A stretch of 64,000 bases of DNA, taken from Thermomicrobiales bacterium. Its GTDB lineage: Bacteria > Chloroflexota > Chloroflexia > Thermomicrobiales > UBA6265. Below the pieces are notes generated by a model, which was not told the DNA's origin, made no database searches, and was given only the letters and a program-made list of their open reading frames with translations. Of the stretch, positions 8,509 to 17,074 are shown piece after piece; position 1 is the first letter of the stretch; every line of letters begins with the position of its first letter. The stretch spans positions 30,023 to 94,022 of the forward strand of contig JAXLWU010000015.1 in NCBI GenBank assembly GCA_046328335.1, given 5' to 3'. Made by a program: the position numbers and the translations under genes.

Positions 8509-10395
8509 GTGCCGCGTAGCATCGCGTTGCGAGCCCTCCTGGGCGCGGCCATTGTCGGACTGATTCTAGCGCTCCTCATATCACCGTTTGCCGACGCTCG
8601 TCCGAAGGACAAGCAGAATGACAAGCGGGGAGATGTCGCGTCCGAAACAACGCCGCCTCCCGCATCCGACAGCGGTGTTGCTGTCGAAGTCGCCACCAAT
8701 CCCGAACAGTCGTTGCCAGTCCAGGAGAGCGCTGGCGCGAGCAACGACAAGACCTTGATCTCGTCCGATGCCGATGGGGATTACATCCCTGACGCCATGG
8801 ACAACTGCCCCTATGCGCAGAATCCCGATCAGGCTGACGCGGACGGGGATGGTATCGGCGATGCCTGTCGCGTGTACCAGGATTCCGATGGGGATGGAAC
8901 TCCAGACAAGTCCGACAACTGTCCCAACATTGCCACTTCCGATTTCAGCGATCGCGACGGCGATGGCGTTGGCGATTCCTGCGACAAATCACCGGACGGC
9001 GTCGAGCCCGAACCCGAACCCGCCCCGGACCTCAACGGTCGTGGCGGTGAAGGAGCCCCGGAGGAAACGACACCGGTCAACGGTGAAGGTCAGGACGGTA
9101 CCTCGATCGAGCGGAGCAGTCGGCCGCGTTCCAAGCAGCGCGATCGGACTGACGTGGCCAAACCCTCGATTACCGTCGGCAACGACGGCCAGGATCAGGT
9201 GGAGGAGCCGGCTGATCCAGAGCCGCAGAACGACGAGACGCCGCGTGACAACCCTCGCATCAATGAGGAACTGATCGCAGAAGCCGCTGCATCGGGTGAG
9301 TTGTACGCGCCACCGGAACCGCCGCCGGCGCCGCAACGTGAATGGGACGGCGAGGCCGCCGCAAGTAACGAACCACAGTGGAACTCGATCATTCGCATCG
9401 ATGCGGGCGCAACAGACGAATCTCAACCGATTTCGCCTGTTGATCCTGAGCCAGGTGACGCCAATACGCGTGCTGAGAATCGCGGCGCGAGTGGAGAAGG
9501 CGACGTTGCCGACAGTCAGTTTGCGCGAGGTTGGGTGCGGGCGAAGCTGATTCTCCAACAGGAGGCAGATTCTGAACCGGGCGACGGCGAACCTCCCACC
9601 GCCGACGAATCACGTGATGGGGCTGATGCCCCTGCACCGGTTCCTGTGGAGTCCGGCCTGATCATCAAGGGAGTCGAACCGTCCGAACCAGGGAAAGACT
9701 CAGAAGCGAACATTCGCGGCGCGAAAGACGGCGACAAGGCCAAAGAGCGGGCGAAGGGCGACTCCAGCCAGAACAGCGACGCCAATCGCGACCGGGAGAA
9801 CGGCGATTCCGGGAAGGACGGCAGTCGGCGCGATGGTTCGGGGCGTGGACCCGCGGCGCCCGAACGAGACACATCCAGTCGCACTTCGAATTCAGACCAA
9901 AAGAGTGATCGAGAGACCAAGGACCGCAAGAGCCGGGGCAATCGGCATCGGCCAGAAGGCTGGAGTGACGACCAATACTTCACAGGCGGGTCGGCACTGA
10001 ATTGGTCAGCGGATATCGATATCGATGGCACTGATGATGACGGGCTCTACCTCACGCAACGCTCGGGTTCGGGTCAAGGCAAGAAGCGCGGGTTCAGCTA
10101 CACGATCCCGCTCGAGGAATCCGGAACCTATCTCGTCCGGCTCTATTTCGCGGAGCCGTTCTGGGGAGCACCCGGCGGACCCGATGGCGCCAGCGGAAAG
10201 CGCGTCTTCTCGGTAACGGCGGAAGGTGACACAGTCATCCGCGATCTCGACATCTATGATGAGGTCGGTTCGTCAACGGCGCTCGTCAAGGAAACCGAGG
10301 TCGAGGTTGCGGACGGTGAGTTGAATCTGCGCTTCACGGCGTCCGCCGGGGAGCCGATCGTCGCCGCAATCGAAGTCCTGGCGCCCGCGAATTGA
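8509..10395 (+). CDS. secreted protein: thrombospondin type-3 Ca-binding repeats + charged disordered linker + C-terminal malectin-like domain
   Basis: GTG at 8509 follows GGGAGGGAGGAG. Signal peptide ALLGAAIVGLILALLISPFADA. TSP3 pattern DADGDYIPDAMDNCPYAQNPDQADADGDGIGDAC and DSDGDGTPDKSDNCPN...DRDGDGVGDSCD. The C-terminal YLTQRSG...FSYTIPLEESGTYLVRLYFAEPFW...KRVFSVTAEGDTVIRDLDIYDEVG...IVAAIEVL fits the malectin fold pattern. Confidence 0.8.
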   Translation: MPRSIALRALLGAAIVGLILALLISPFADARPKDKQNDKRGDVASETTPPPASDSGVAVEVATNPEQSLPVQESAGASNDKTLISSDADGDYIPDAMDNCPYAQNPDQADADGDGIGDACRVYQDSDGDGTPDKSDNCPNIATSDFSDRDGDGVGDSCDKSPDGVEPEPEPAPDLNGRGGEGAPEETTPVNGEGQDGTSIERSSRPRSKQRDRTDVAKPSITVGNDGQDQVEEPADPEPQNDETPRDNPRINEELIAEAAASGELYAPPEPPPAPQREWDGEAAASNEPQWNSIIRIDAGATDESQPISPVDPEPGDANTRAENRGASGEGDVADSQFARGWVRAKLILQQEADSEPGDGEPPTADESRDGADAPAPVPVESGLIIKGVEPSEPGKDSEANIRGAKDGDKAKERAKGDSSQNSDANRDRENGDSGKDGSRRDGSGRGPAAPERDTSSRTSNSDQKSDRETKDRKSRGNRHRPEGWSDDQYFTGGSALNWSADIDIDGTDDDGLYLTQRSGSGQGKKRGFSYTIPLEESGTYLVRLYFAEPFWGAPGGPDGASGKRVFSVTAEGDTVIRDLDIYDEVGSSTALVKETEVEVADGELNLRFTASAGEPIVAAIEVLAPAN

Positions 10396-10467
10396 GTCAC
10401 CATCAATCGCAGATGCGCGTTTTCGGAAGCGGCCTGCCGCGGAATCGGCCGCGTCACTATTGGGGGA

Positions 10468-11580
10468 ATGTCTCTCGTGCCAGATCCAAGGATTTCCGCC
10501 TGGGCCAAAACACTGGTGAACTACTCCACGCAGGTCAAGGCCGGGCAAACGGTTTCAATCGAGGGTGATGTCGCGTCGCGGCCCCTGTTGCGCGAGGTGT
10601 ATCGGGAAGTCTTGCGGGTTGGCGCTTTGCCCGCGATCGTGCCACGGTTTCCCGAGTTGAACGCCGACTTGCTCGATATGGGATCAGATTCGCAGTTAGC
10701 GTGGATCGCGCCGATCGACCGCTGGTCGCGAGGGGAGGCGGACGTTTTGATCCGGGTCATGGCCGAGGAAAACACAAAAGGCCTCTCCTCGATTGACCCG
10801 GAGCGTCAGATTGCGCGGCGGAAGGCGACCGGCGATTTGCTGCGTCAGATGCTCGATCGCGAGGCAAAGGGCGCCATGCGCTGGTCGCTGACGCTCTTTC
10901 CCACTGACGCCTACGCCCAGGATGCGGAAATGGACACCGGCGATTTCGCCGAGTTCGTGTACGACGCCTGCAAGCTCAATGCCCCCGATCCGGCGACAGC
11001 CTGGCGTCAACAGGGCGAAACCCAGAAGCATCTGATCGATTGGTTGGCCGGCAAGCGCGAAATTCATGTGCGTGGCACGGATACCGATCTGCGCGTTGGC
11101 GTGGCGGACCGGGTCTGGATCAATTGCGATGGTACCAACAACTTTCCGGACGGCGAGATCTTCACGGGACCGATCGAAGATGCAACCGAGGGACACATCC
11201 GCTTCTCGTTCCCTGTTGTCACCGGCGGACGGGAGATCCACGACGTGCGAATGAGGTTCTCGGGCGGAAGAGTCGTCGATGCTTCGGCGAGCAGGAACGA
11301 GACATACCTCATCGAGTCGCTTGATGCCGATCCCGGCGCGAGAGTGCTGGGGGAATTCGCCTTCGGAACAAACTTCGACATTACCCGGTTCACAAAGAAT
11401 ATCCTCTTTGACGAGAAGATCGGCGGGACCGTGCATATGGCCGTTGGCGCGGGCTATCCGGAGACCGGCAGCATCAATCAGTCCGCCATCCACTGGGATC
11501 TGATTTGCGATCTGCGTACCAGTGGCACCGTCGATGTGGACGGCGAGCCATTCTTGCGCGACGGCCGGTTCCTGGTGTGA
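10468..11580 (+). CDS. aminopeptidase, M29 (AmpS/PepS) family
   Basis: N-terminal AKTLVNYSTQVKAGQTVSIEG, then FPDGEIFTGPIE and GGTVHMAVGAGYPETGSINQSAIHWDLI are typical of thermophilic M29 aminopeptidases. Confidence 0.85.
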   Translation: MSLVPDPRISAWAKTLVNYSTQVKAGQTVSIEGDVASRPLLREVYREVLRVGALPAIVPRFPELNADLLDMGSDSQLAWIAPIDRWSRGEADVLIRVMAEENTKGLSSIDPERQIARRKATGDLLRQMLDREAKGAMRWSLTLFPTDAYAQDAEMDTGDFAEFVYDACKLNAPDPATAWRQQGETQKHLIDWLAGKREIHVRGTDTDLRVGVADRVWINCDGTNNFPDGEIFTGPIEDATEGHIRFSFPVVTGGREIHDVRMRFSGGRVVDASASRNETYLIESLDADPGARVLGEFAFGTNFDITRFTKNILFDEKIGGTVHMAVGAGYPETGSINQSAIHWDLICDLRTSGTVDVDGEPFLRDGRFLV

Positions 11581-11620
11581 GCAGGCACAGGGCGTTGCTC
11601 TTGCCGATGGATCGGGGACG

Positions 11621-11836
11621 GTGAACGACACGCAGCAGACCGCCCCGAGCCATCGATCGGCTTTCTTCGGCGCCGTGATCGTTGTTCTCGGTGCCGTCCT
11701 GGTTATCGGAGTGCTGTGGCTGGCGGCGCGAGGCGCGCCGAGTTCGGCGCGTGATCCACAGATGACCCCTCTGGCCCTGGTGCCCACCCGCGTCGCGACG
11801 CGGCCACCGGCAAGCGAAGTCGACGCTGAGGAATGA
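11621..11836 (+). CDS. possible small single-pass membrane protein
   Basis: 71 codons from a GTG after GGGGA. There is one clear TM helix (AFFGAVIVVLGAVLVIGVLWLAA). No homology recognised. Confidence 0.3.
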   Translation: MNDTQQTAPSHRSAFFGAVIVVLGAVLVIGVLWLAARGAPSSARDPQMTPLALVPTRVATRPPASEVDAEE

Positions 11837-11851
11837 TGCTGAATTGGGCTT

Positions 11852-13420
11852 CTACGACGAGGTTTGTCTCAGCCGCGGGTCTACGATCGGCTCCAGCGCG
11901 AGCGCCAGAAGCATGAAGGCCAGCGCCGTGATGACGATCAGAATACCCGGCGGCAACACCCACCACCAGTAACCGACATACAGCGCTCCTGTACGGAAGC
12001 CGGCTTCCAGCATTTGCCCCCATGTTGGCGCCGACGGATCACCAAGCCCGAGAAAGGACAACGCCGCTTCCGCCAAGATTGCGCCCGGCGCGAAAAAGAT
12101 CATCTGCGCCACAATAAAGGGGGCGACCTGCGGGAAAACATGGCGGGCCATGATGCGGGCGCGTGAAGCGCCCATCGAGCGTGCTGCCTCGACCAGTTGC
12201 CCCGACCGGAGTTGCAACACCATCGAGCGCACCAAGATGGCCAGCCCCGGCCAGGAGAACGCCACCAGCACCGCCATGATCAGCCAGAGGTGACGGCCAA
12301 GGATGGCGACCAGGAAAATGAGGAGCGGCAACGTCGGGACATTTGACACGATGTCGGAAGAGCGCTGGATAAGCGAATCGGTGAGGCCGCCGGAGAACCC
12401 GCTCCAGATTCCGAGCGAAGCGCCGATGACGGTTGACAGCAGCGATGTCAACGCCGCAATCACGAGTGCAACGGGAAATCCGTAGAGCAGACCACGCCAA
12501 AGATCGCGGCCAAGGCCGTCGGTGCCCATCAATCCGAATGCCGTGCCGCCGACGGTCACCGTCATCGGCGCGATTTCATCAGTTTGGTCCGCGACCACGG
12601 TCTGGATTCGAATGGTGTAATCACCGTGGAGCGGTTCTAACCGGCCCGATCCATCGGCGGCAGGGATGGCGAAGAGTGCATCAGGCATCTGCTGGGTGAA
12701 GTCCGAGGGCAACGTTCGATCAGGGTAGGTATCGGCGAAAAAGCGCCTCACCGCGTCGGTGGCGGTTTGCTGATCCCCTAGTGAAATGCGCTCTGGAACA
12801 TCGTAAAATCGCCGGAACGGGGGGGATTCGTTCGGGCGTGGACCGCGAATCGGGACGCTGCCAAGTCGAATCTGGCCTCCATCGGGGCGGGTAAGCATCC
12901 CCTGGATTGCCGGGGGCCGCGTCTGAAACGTAACGCCGGAGAGGGTCAAGAGGAGCGAAGTCGGCGCCTGGCTGCTCTCGTAGCGATAGGGGGCATCGAA
13001 CTGTCGCACTTCACCGGCTGGGATGGTGCTGGTGTTGCTCGGTTCCGTCAATGCGAAGTCTGACTGCGGAACGGCGGAGTCTTGGCCGAGGAACCCGGCC
13101 CAGACCGGCGGCGCATTGCGCGGATTGTTCGCCCAATACGACGGATTGCTCCACTGCGCTGTTCCAAAGTCGCTCGGATAGGTCACGAGTACCCACACCG
13201 AAATCAGGATCAGCCCGCCGAAGAGCGCCAATCCCAGACGTCCGCTGCCGCTTTGGACAAACAGCCGCCACGCGGAATCTGGCGCAAATTCCGGCTGCTC
13301 GATGACATCGAAGTCGGGTTCGAGATCAGGCGCTCGCGACTCCAAGGTGGCCGCTGGCGCGTGCGGAGGATGGGTCCCTGGCAAACGTGGCTCGGAATCG
13401 GACCAAGCAGTCCCGCTCAC
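11852..13420 (-). CDS. ABC transporter permease (Dpp/Opp C-type) with ~220-aa N-terminal extracytoplasmic extension
   Basis: The C-terminal half has the binding-protein-dependent permease signature region ..EAARSMGASRARIMARHVFPQVAPFIVAQ.. and multiple TM helices. Confidence 0.85.
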   Translation of the reverse strand: MSGTAWSDSEPRLPGTHPPHAPAATLESRAPDLEPDFDVIEQPEFAPDSAWRLFVQSGSGRLGLALFGGLILISVWVLVTYPSDFGTAQWSNPSYWANNPRNAPPVWAGFLGQDSAVPQSDFALTEPSNTSTIPAGEVRQFDAPYRYESSQAPTSLLLTLSGVTFQTRPPAIQGMLTRPDGGQIRLGSVPIRGPRPNESPPFRRFYDVPERISLGDQQTATDAVRRFFADTYPDRTLPSDFTQQMPDALFAIPAADGSGRLEPLHGDYTIRIQTVVADQTDEIAPMTVTVGGTAFGLMGTDGLGRDLWRGLLYGFPVALVIAALTSLLSTVIGASLGIWSGFSGGLTDSLIQRSSDIVSNVPTLPLLIFLVAILGRHLWLIMAVLVAFSWPGLAILVRSMVLQLRSGQLVEAARSMGASRARIMARHVFPQVAPFIVAQMIFFAPGAILAEAALSFLGLGDPSAPTWGQMLEAGFRTGALYVGYWWWVLPPGILIVITALAFMLLALALEPIVDPRLRQTSS

Positions 13421-13426
13421 GACCGA

Positions 13427-14479
13427 TTACCCGTACCGGACCCGTGGGTCGAGCAGGATATACATCACATCGAGGGCAAATCGCAGGATGACATAGAGAA
13501 GGGTGAAGATGAAGGTCAGGGCGACGATGACCGCCTCATCGAGAGCGCCGATGGCATCGAAATAGAGCCGTCCCATACCCTGCCAGTTGAAGATGGTCTC
13601 CACGAGGATCGAGCCGGAAAGGGACCCTGCCAGGCCGAGGACGAGTCCCGTCACGATGGGCGGGGCCGCGACGCGCAGGATGTGCTTGCGCATCACCATG
13701 TTTTCCGGAAGTCCTTTGGCGCGGGCGAGCGCGACATGGTCTTCCTGAGCGACGGTCATGGTCATCGTCCGAATGGTGTAGATGTATGGACCGACGCTCA
13801 CCGCCACCAGCGTGATGATCGGTAGGGCGGCGTGATGGGCCACGTCGACCAAACGCGCCCACGTGCCTTCCGGTGGCGGTGTCGAAAACATGCCGCCCGA
13901 GGGAAACCAGTCGAGACCGAAAGCAAAGACGAGAATGAAGAGGATGCCAAGCCACCACCCCGGAACAGCAAATGAGAGCGCGGCGAAATAGGAAACCGCG
14001 CGGTCGAGTGGCGTGCCAACCCGGGTCGCCATGCGCACCCCGACCGCGAGTCCGATGACGGCGGTGATGATCGACGCGCTGGTGAGAAGGATCACCGTGC
14101 GCGGCAATCGTTCCAGGACGATGTCGCCAACGCTGTTCGAGCCGGAGGCGGTGCGCAGGGAGCGAGACTCTCCGAGATCGAGGCGAAGGACTTTGGCGAC
14201 TGCTGGCAAGAGTCGCGTATACCACGGCTCGTTCAATCCGTAGAATTGTTCGATTTCGATCCGTCTCGCTTCGACCGTTCGTTCGAGTTCTTGAGGATCG
14301 CGAATCGATTGTGAGAGAGACTGGCGGAGGGCGCGCACTTCCTCGCTGACCTGGGCGCGAAGCAAATTGTCCGAGAAACCGGTTGCGCCGAGAATAACGA
14401 CGAGGAGTACGAGGACCGCTACCAGCACGAACGCCAGCGACAGGGCGCGTAAGGCGAGTTGTCGCAGCGTTGCCGCCAT
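13427..14479 (-). CDS. ABC transporter permease (Dpp/Opp B-type)
   Basis: 350 aa with 6 predicted hydrophobic helices. The ..ALARAKGLPENMVMRKHILRVAAPPIVT.. EAA-loop region is typical of DppB/OppB. Confidence 0.85.
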   Translation of the reverse strand: MAATLRQLALRALSLAFVLVAVLVLLVVILGATGFSDNLLRAQVSEEVRALRQSLSQSIRDPQELERTVEARRIEIEQFYGLNEPWYTRLLPAVAKVLRLDLGESRSLRTASGSNSVGDIVLERLPRTVILLTSASIITAVIGLAVGVRMATRVGTPLDRAVSYFAALSFAVPGWWLGILFILVFAFGLDWFPSGGMFSTPPPEGTWARLVDVAHHAALPIITLVAVSVGPYIYTIRTMTMTVAQEDHVALARAKGLPENMVMRKHILRVAAPPIVTGLVLGLAGSLSGSILVETIFNWQGMGRLYFDAIGALDEAVIVALTFIFTLLYVILRFALDVMYILLDPRVRYG

Positions 14480-14587
14480 CTAGCGGATCCTCGATCTGGT
14501 AAAGCGGTTGGTCCCGGTAGGCTCGGGGATTCGATCTTCGGGGCCGTGGTCGGCCGCGAAAAATGGATCGCCGGCTCGCCGGTTCAC

Positions 14588-17041
14588 CTAAACCCCAATC
14601 GGGATCTCGATCATGCGCTCGGTCACCCGCGCCAGTTCGTCACTCGAACCCAGCAGATAGAGTTGGTAGACGCCAGGGAAGAGCAGTCCGGTGACGTCGC
14701 CGCCGATGTCGATCGTGAATGCCTCCCCGGACTTGGTCGCGTCGCCGCTCGCGACAATCGACGTTGCTGGATCCGCCGCGGGGTCGACAAGGGCATATCG
14801 CACCGCGAGACTTCCCGGTCCCGACACGGCCACGCTGAGGGAAAGCGCATCTCCGGGTTGCGCCGCGGCAGGCGGTGCAACATCGAGGGTGAGCGCCGGC
14901 GGCGCACCGAAGTTCCAATCCCCCGGTTTGAAGGGATAACCCTCGGCCCGAAATGCGTCCGCCTGGGCAAACTGAGCCGGTGGATCGTAACGGGAGAGGA
15001 AGAACGGCCCGTTCGAAATGACCAGCAGATTGGTCTTTTCGAACCAGTCGAGGCAGGCCTGATACCGCGCTTTCGCGTCATCGGCGGAAACCAGTTTCCG
15101 GCCATTGAGATTGAAGATCGCCTCGGGCAGGGTGCCGTCTCCCGCGAACCGTCGCAACGAGCGAATGACCTGCCGCGCGTCGGTCTCGGTTACCAGACTC
15201 AACCAGGGAACGCTAAAGCGCGCCGCGGCGGTATCTGAGTAGGCGCCGCGCCGCTGTGCGAAGACGATGTCGTCCATCGCGAAGAGGAGTTCCCAGGGTG
15301 TAGCCAGGCCACCGACGGTCGCATAGGAGGCGATATAGGCAGGTTCGAAGTGCCAGAAGTCGACGTAAGTTTCGAGCCTGTCATCATCGAGCAGTCGAAA
15401 TCCCTTGAACGTCTCCAGGAACGGCCGCAGGGTGACGCCAAGCGCCGTTTCGATCTGGATGCGATTTTCGTCGTAGGCCAGTTCCCATGATTGAGCGATG
15501 GAGTAGATGAGGTCGGCGGGGCTGATCTTGGCGCGGTGATGGAACGGCGCCTGGAAGTACTTGCTGTAGTCGTAGGTGACTTTGCTGACCGCCGTGACAC
15601 CTTCGCCGACTGCCGTCCAGACATCGCCTTTGGCGTCCCACATGACGGCATCTTGCGGGACGGCGAGTGTGCCGTCCGGACCGGCAGTGTCGGTTTCGAA
15701 CGAGGCGCGGAATGGGATCGGCAATCCGCTGAATGGATGATTGACGATCGGAGCGTCGACAAGGTTCTTGTAAATGTCCCCCGAATAGACATCGCCAAAG
15801 CCGCCGACGGGGTTCCACGTCGTCCGATCGGTCCAGATCCAGAGATTTCCGACGCGGATTTCCTCCGATCCGTCCACGGAGGCCTCGCGCAGACTGAGTG
15901 CCGATTTTGGACCCCCGACGATGTCGATGGTGAGATTCTCGAGTTCGTTCCGAGCCGGAAACGTTTGCAAAGCCGTCGCAATCCAGAGCCGGACGCTCTC
16001 GTCGAGCCCCATCGCGGTCATCTGCCGGTAAATGTCGTCTCGCTCATCCTTGCTCTTGAATTCACCGCGGTACAGACGCTGACCGATCGCATCGAGGTCT
16101 TCGTTCTCGTACTGCCAGAACCCGGTTTCGAGCCAGCCGGGCATGTTGCCCAGCCAGGGGGCGTACATCTGGTTGATCGTGCCGAAGTCGTAGCGGTCTG
16201 GCGAGGAACGTCCCCAACCTTCCGTGTACGCATGCCACTGGAAGGTGATCGGATCGCTGGCGTAAACCGCAAGTGTCGCCGGTCCAAATGGCTGATAGAT
16301 CGGCTGAACCTGGAAACCTGCCTTGTCCATCGCGGCACGAATGAGATCGCCGACATCTCGCCGTTCGTCTTCGACCCGGACCACGATCTTGATGACGACC
16401 GGCTTGCCGTCGAAGGTCCAGAATCCCCCGTTCTGGGCTGCCCCGGCCGCCTGCATCTGTTCGCCGATGAGTTGCACGGCGTACTCGGGGTCGTAGCGAA
16501 TGCCCGCCTGCCGCACCGTCTCGAACACGGTCAGTTCGTCGTAATCGAGCGGGCTGACATGGCTGATCATGGGAACGGCGCGTCCCCCATAGATATCGCC
16601 GGCGATGAAGTCCCGGTCGATGAGGTACTGCATCGCCTGCCGTATTTCGCGAATGGCGAACGGATTGAGTTCGCCTTCTCGCGCCGGCGCCGGATTGAGA
16701 ATCAGCGAGAGCGTCGACGCGGGAGCCTGGATGGCGCGGACACCTTCGGCCTTGGCGACTTCGTCCGCGCCCGAGGGCTTAAGCCCGTAAATGTAGAGAT
16801 CCATCTTGTCGTTCTGGATCTCCAATGGGGCTTGGTCGACGTTGAAGGATGAAAAGAGCAGGCGCTCTGCCGCCGGTCCGATCGTGGCGGTCTCCTGCGC
16901 CGCGGCGCGGGCCAGTGCGCCCCGGACCCCGGTCGCGCCAAGCGCCGCGCCAGCAGCGAGTCCTGTCGCGCCAGCCAACATCTGGCGCCGATTCAGCATC
17001 GCGCGGGCGAGGCCCCCGGAGGTCGAGCCGTCGTCAACCAT
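14588..17041 (-). CDS. ABC transporter substrate-binding protein, family 5 (peptide/oligosaccharide type), unusually large, Tat-type signal
   Basis: ATG at 17041 is preceded by GGAGGAA. Twin-arginine signal LNRRQMLAGATGLAAGAALGA. It sits upstream of and on the same strand as the two permeases. The C-terminal ~110 aa look like an extra beta-rich domain. Confidence 0.8.
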   Translation of the reverse strand: MVDDGSTSGGLARAMLNRRQMLAGATGLAAGAALGATGVRGALARAAAQETATIGPAAERLLFSSFNVDQAPLEIQNDKMDLYIYGLKPSGADEVAKAEGVRAIQAPASTLSLILNPAPAREGELNPFAIREIRQAMQYLIDRDFIAGDIYGGRAVPMISHVSPLDYDELTVFETVRQAGIRYDPEYAVQLIGEQMQAAGAAQNGGFWTFDGKPVVIKIVVRVEDERRDVGDLIRAAMDKAGFQVQPIYQPFGPATLAVYASDPITFQWHAYTEGWGRSSPDRYDFGTINQMYAPWLGNMPGWLETGFWQYENEDLDAIGQRLYRGEFKSKDERDDIYRQMTAMGLDESVRLWIATALQTFPARNELENLTIDIVGGPKSALSLREASVDGSEEIRVGNLWIWTDRTTWNPVGGFGDVYSGDIYKNLVDAPIVNHPFSGLPIPFRASFETDTAGPDGTLAVPQDAVMWDAKGDVWTAVGEGVTAVSKVTYDYSKYFQAPFHHRAKISPADLIYSIAQSWELAYDENRIQIETALGVTLRPFLETFKGFRLLDDDRLETYVDFWHFEPAYIASYATVGGLATPWELLFAMDDIVFAQRRGAYSDTAAARFSVPWLSLVTETDARQVIRSLRRFAGDGTLPEAIFNLNGRKLVSADDAKARYQACLDWFEKTNLLVISNGPFFLSRYDPPAQFAQADAFRAEGYPFKPGDWNFGAPPALTLDVAPPAAAQPGDALSLSVAVSGPGSLAVRYALVDPAADPATSIVASGDATKSGEAFTIDIGGDVTGLLFPGVYQLYLLGSSDELARVTERMIEIPIGV

Positions 17042-17074
17042 GACACGTTCCTCCACGAGTGCTGCCGCGGCGGG

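Noticed and set aside
14459-16852. Plus-strand ORFs 14459-15238 and 15491-16852.
   Set aside because: They are antisense shadows of the substrate-binding protein gene and have no motifs.
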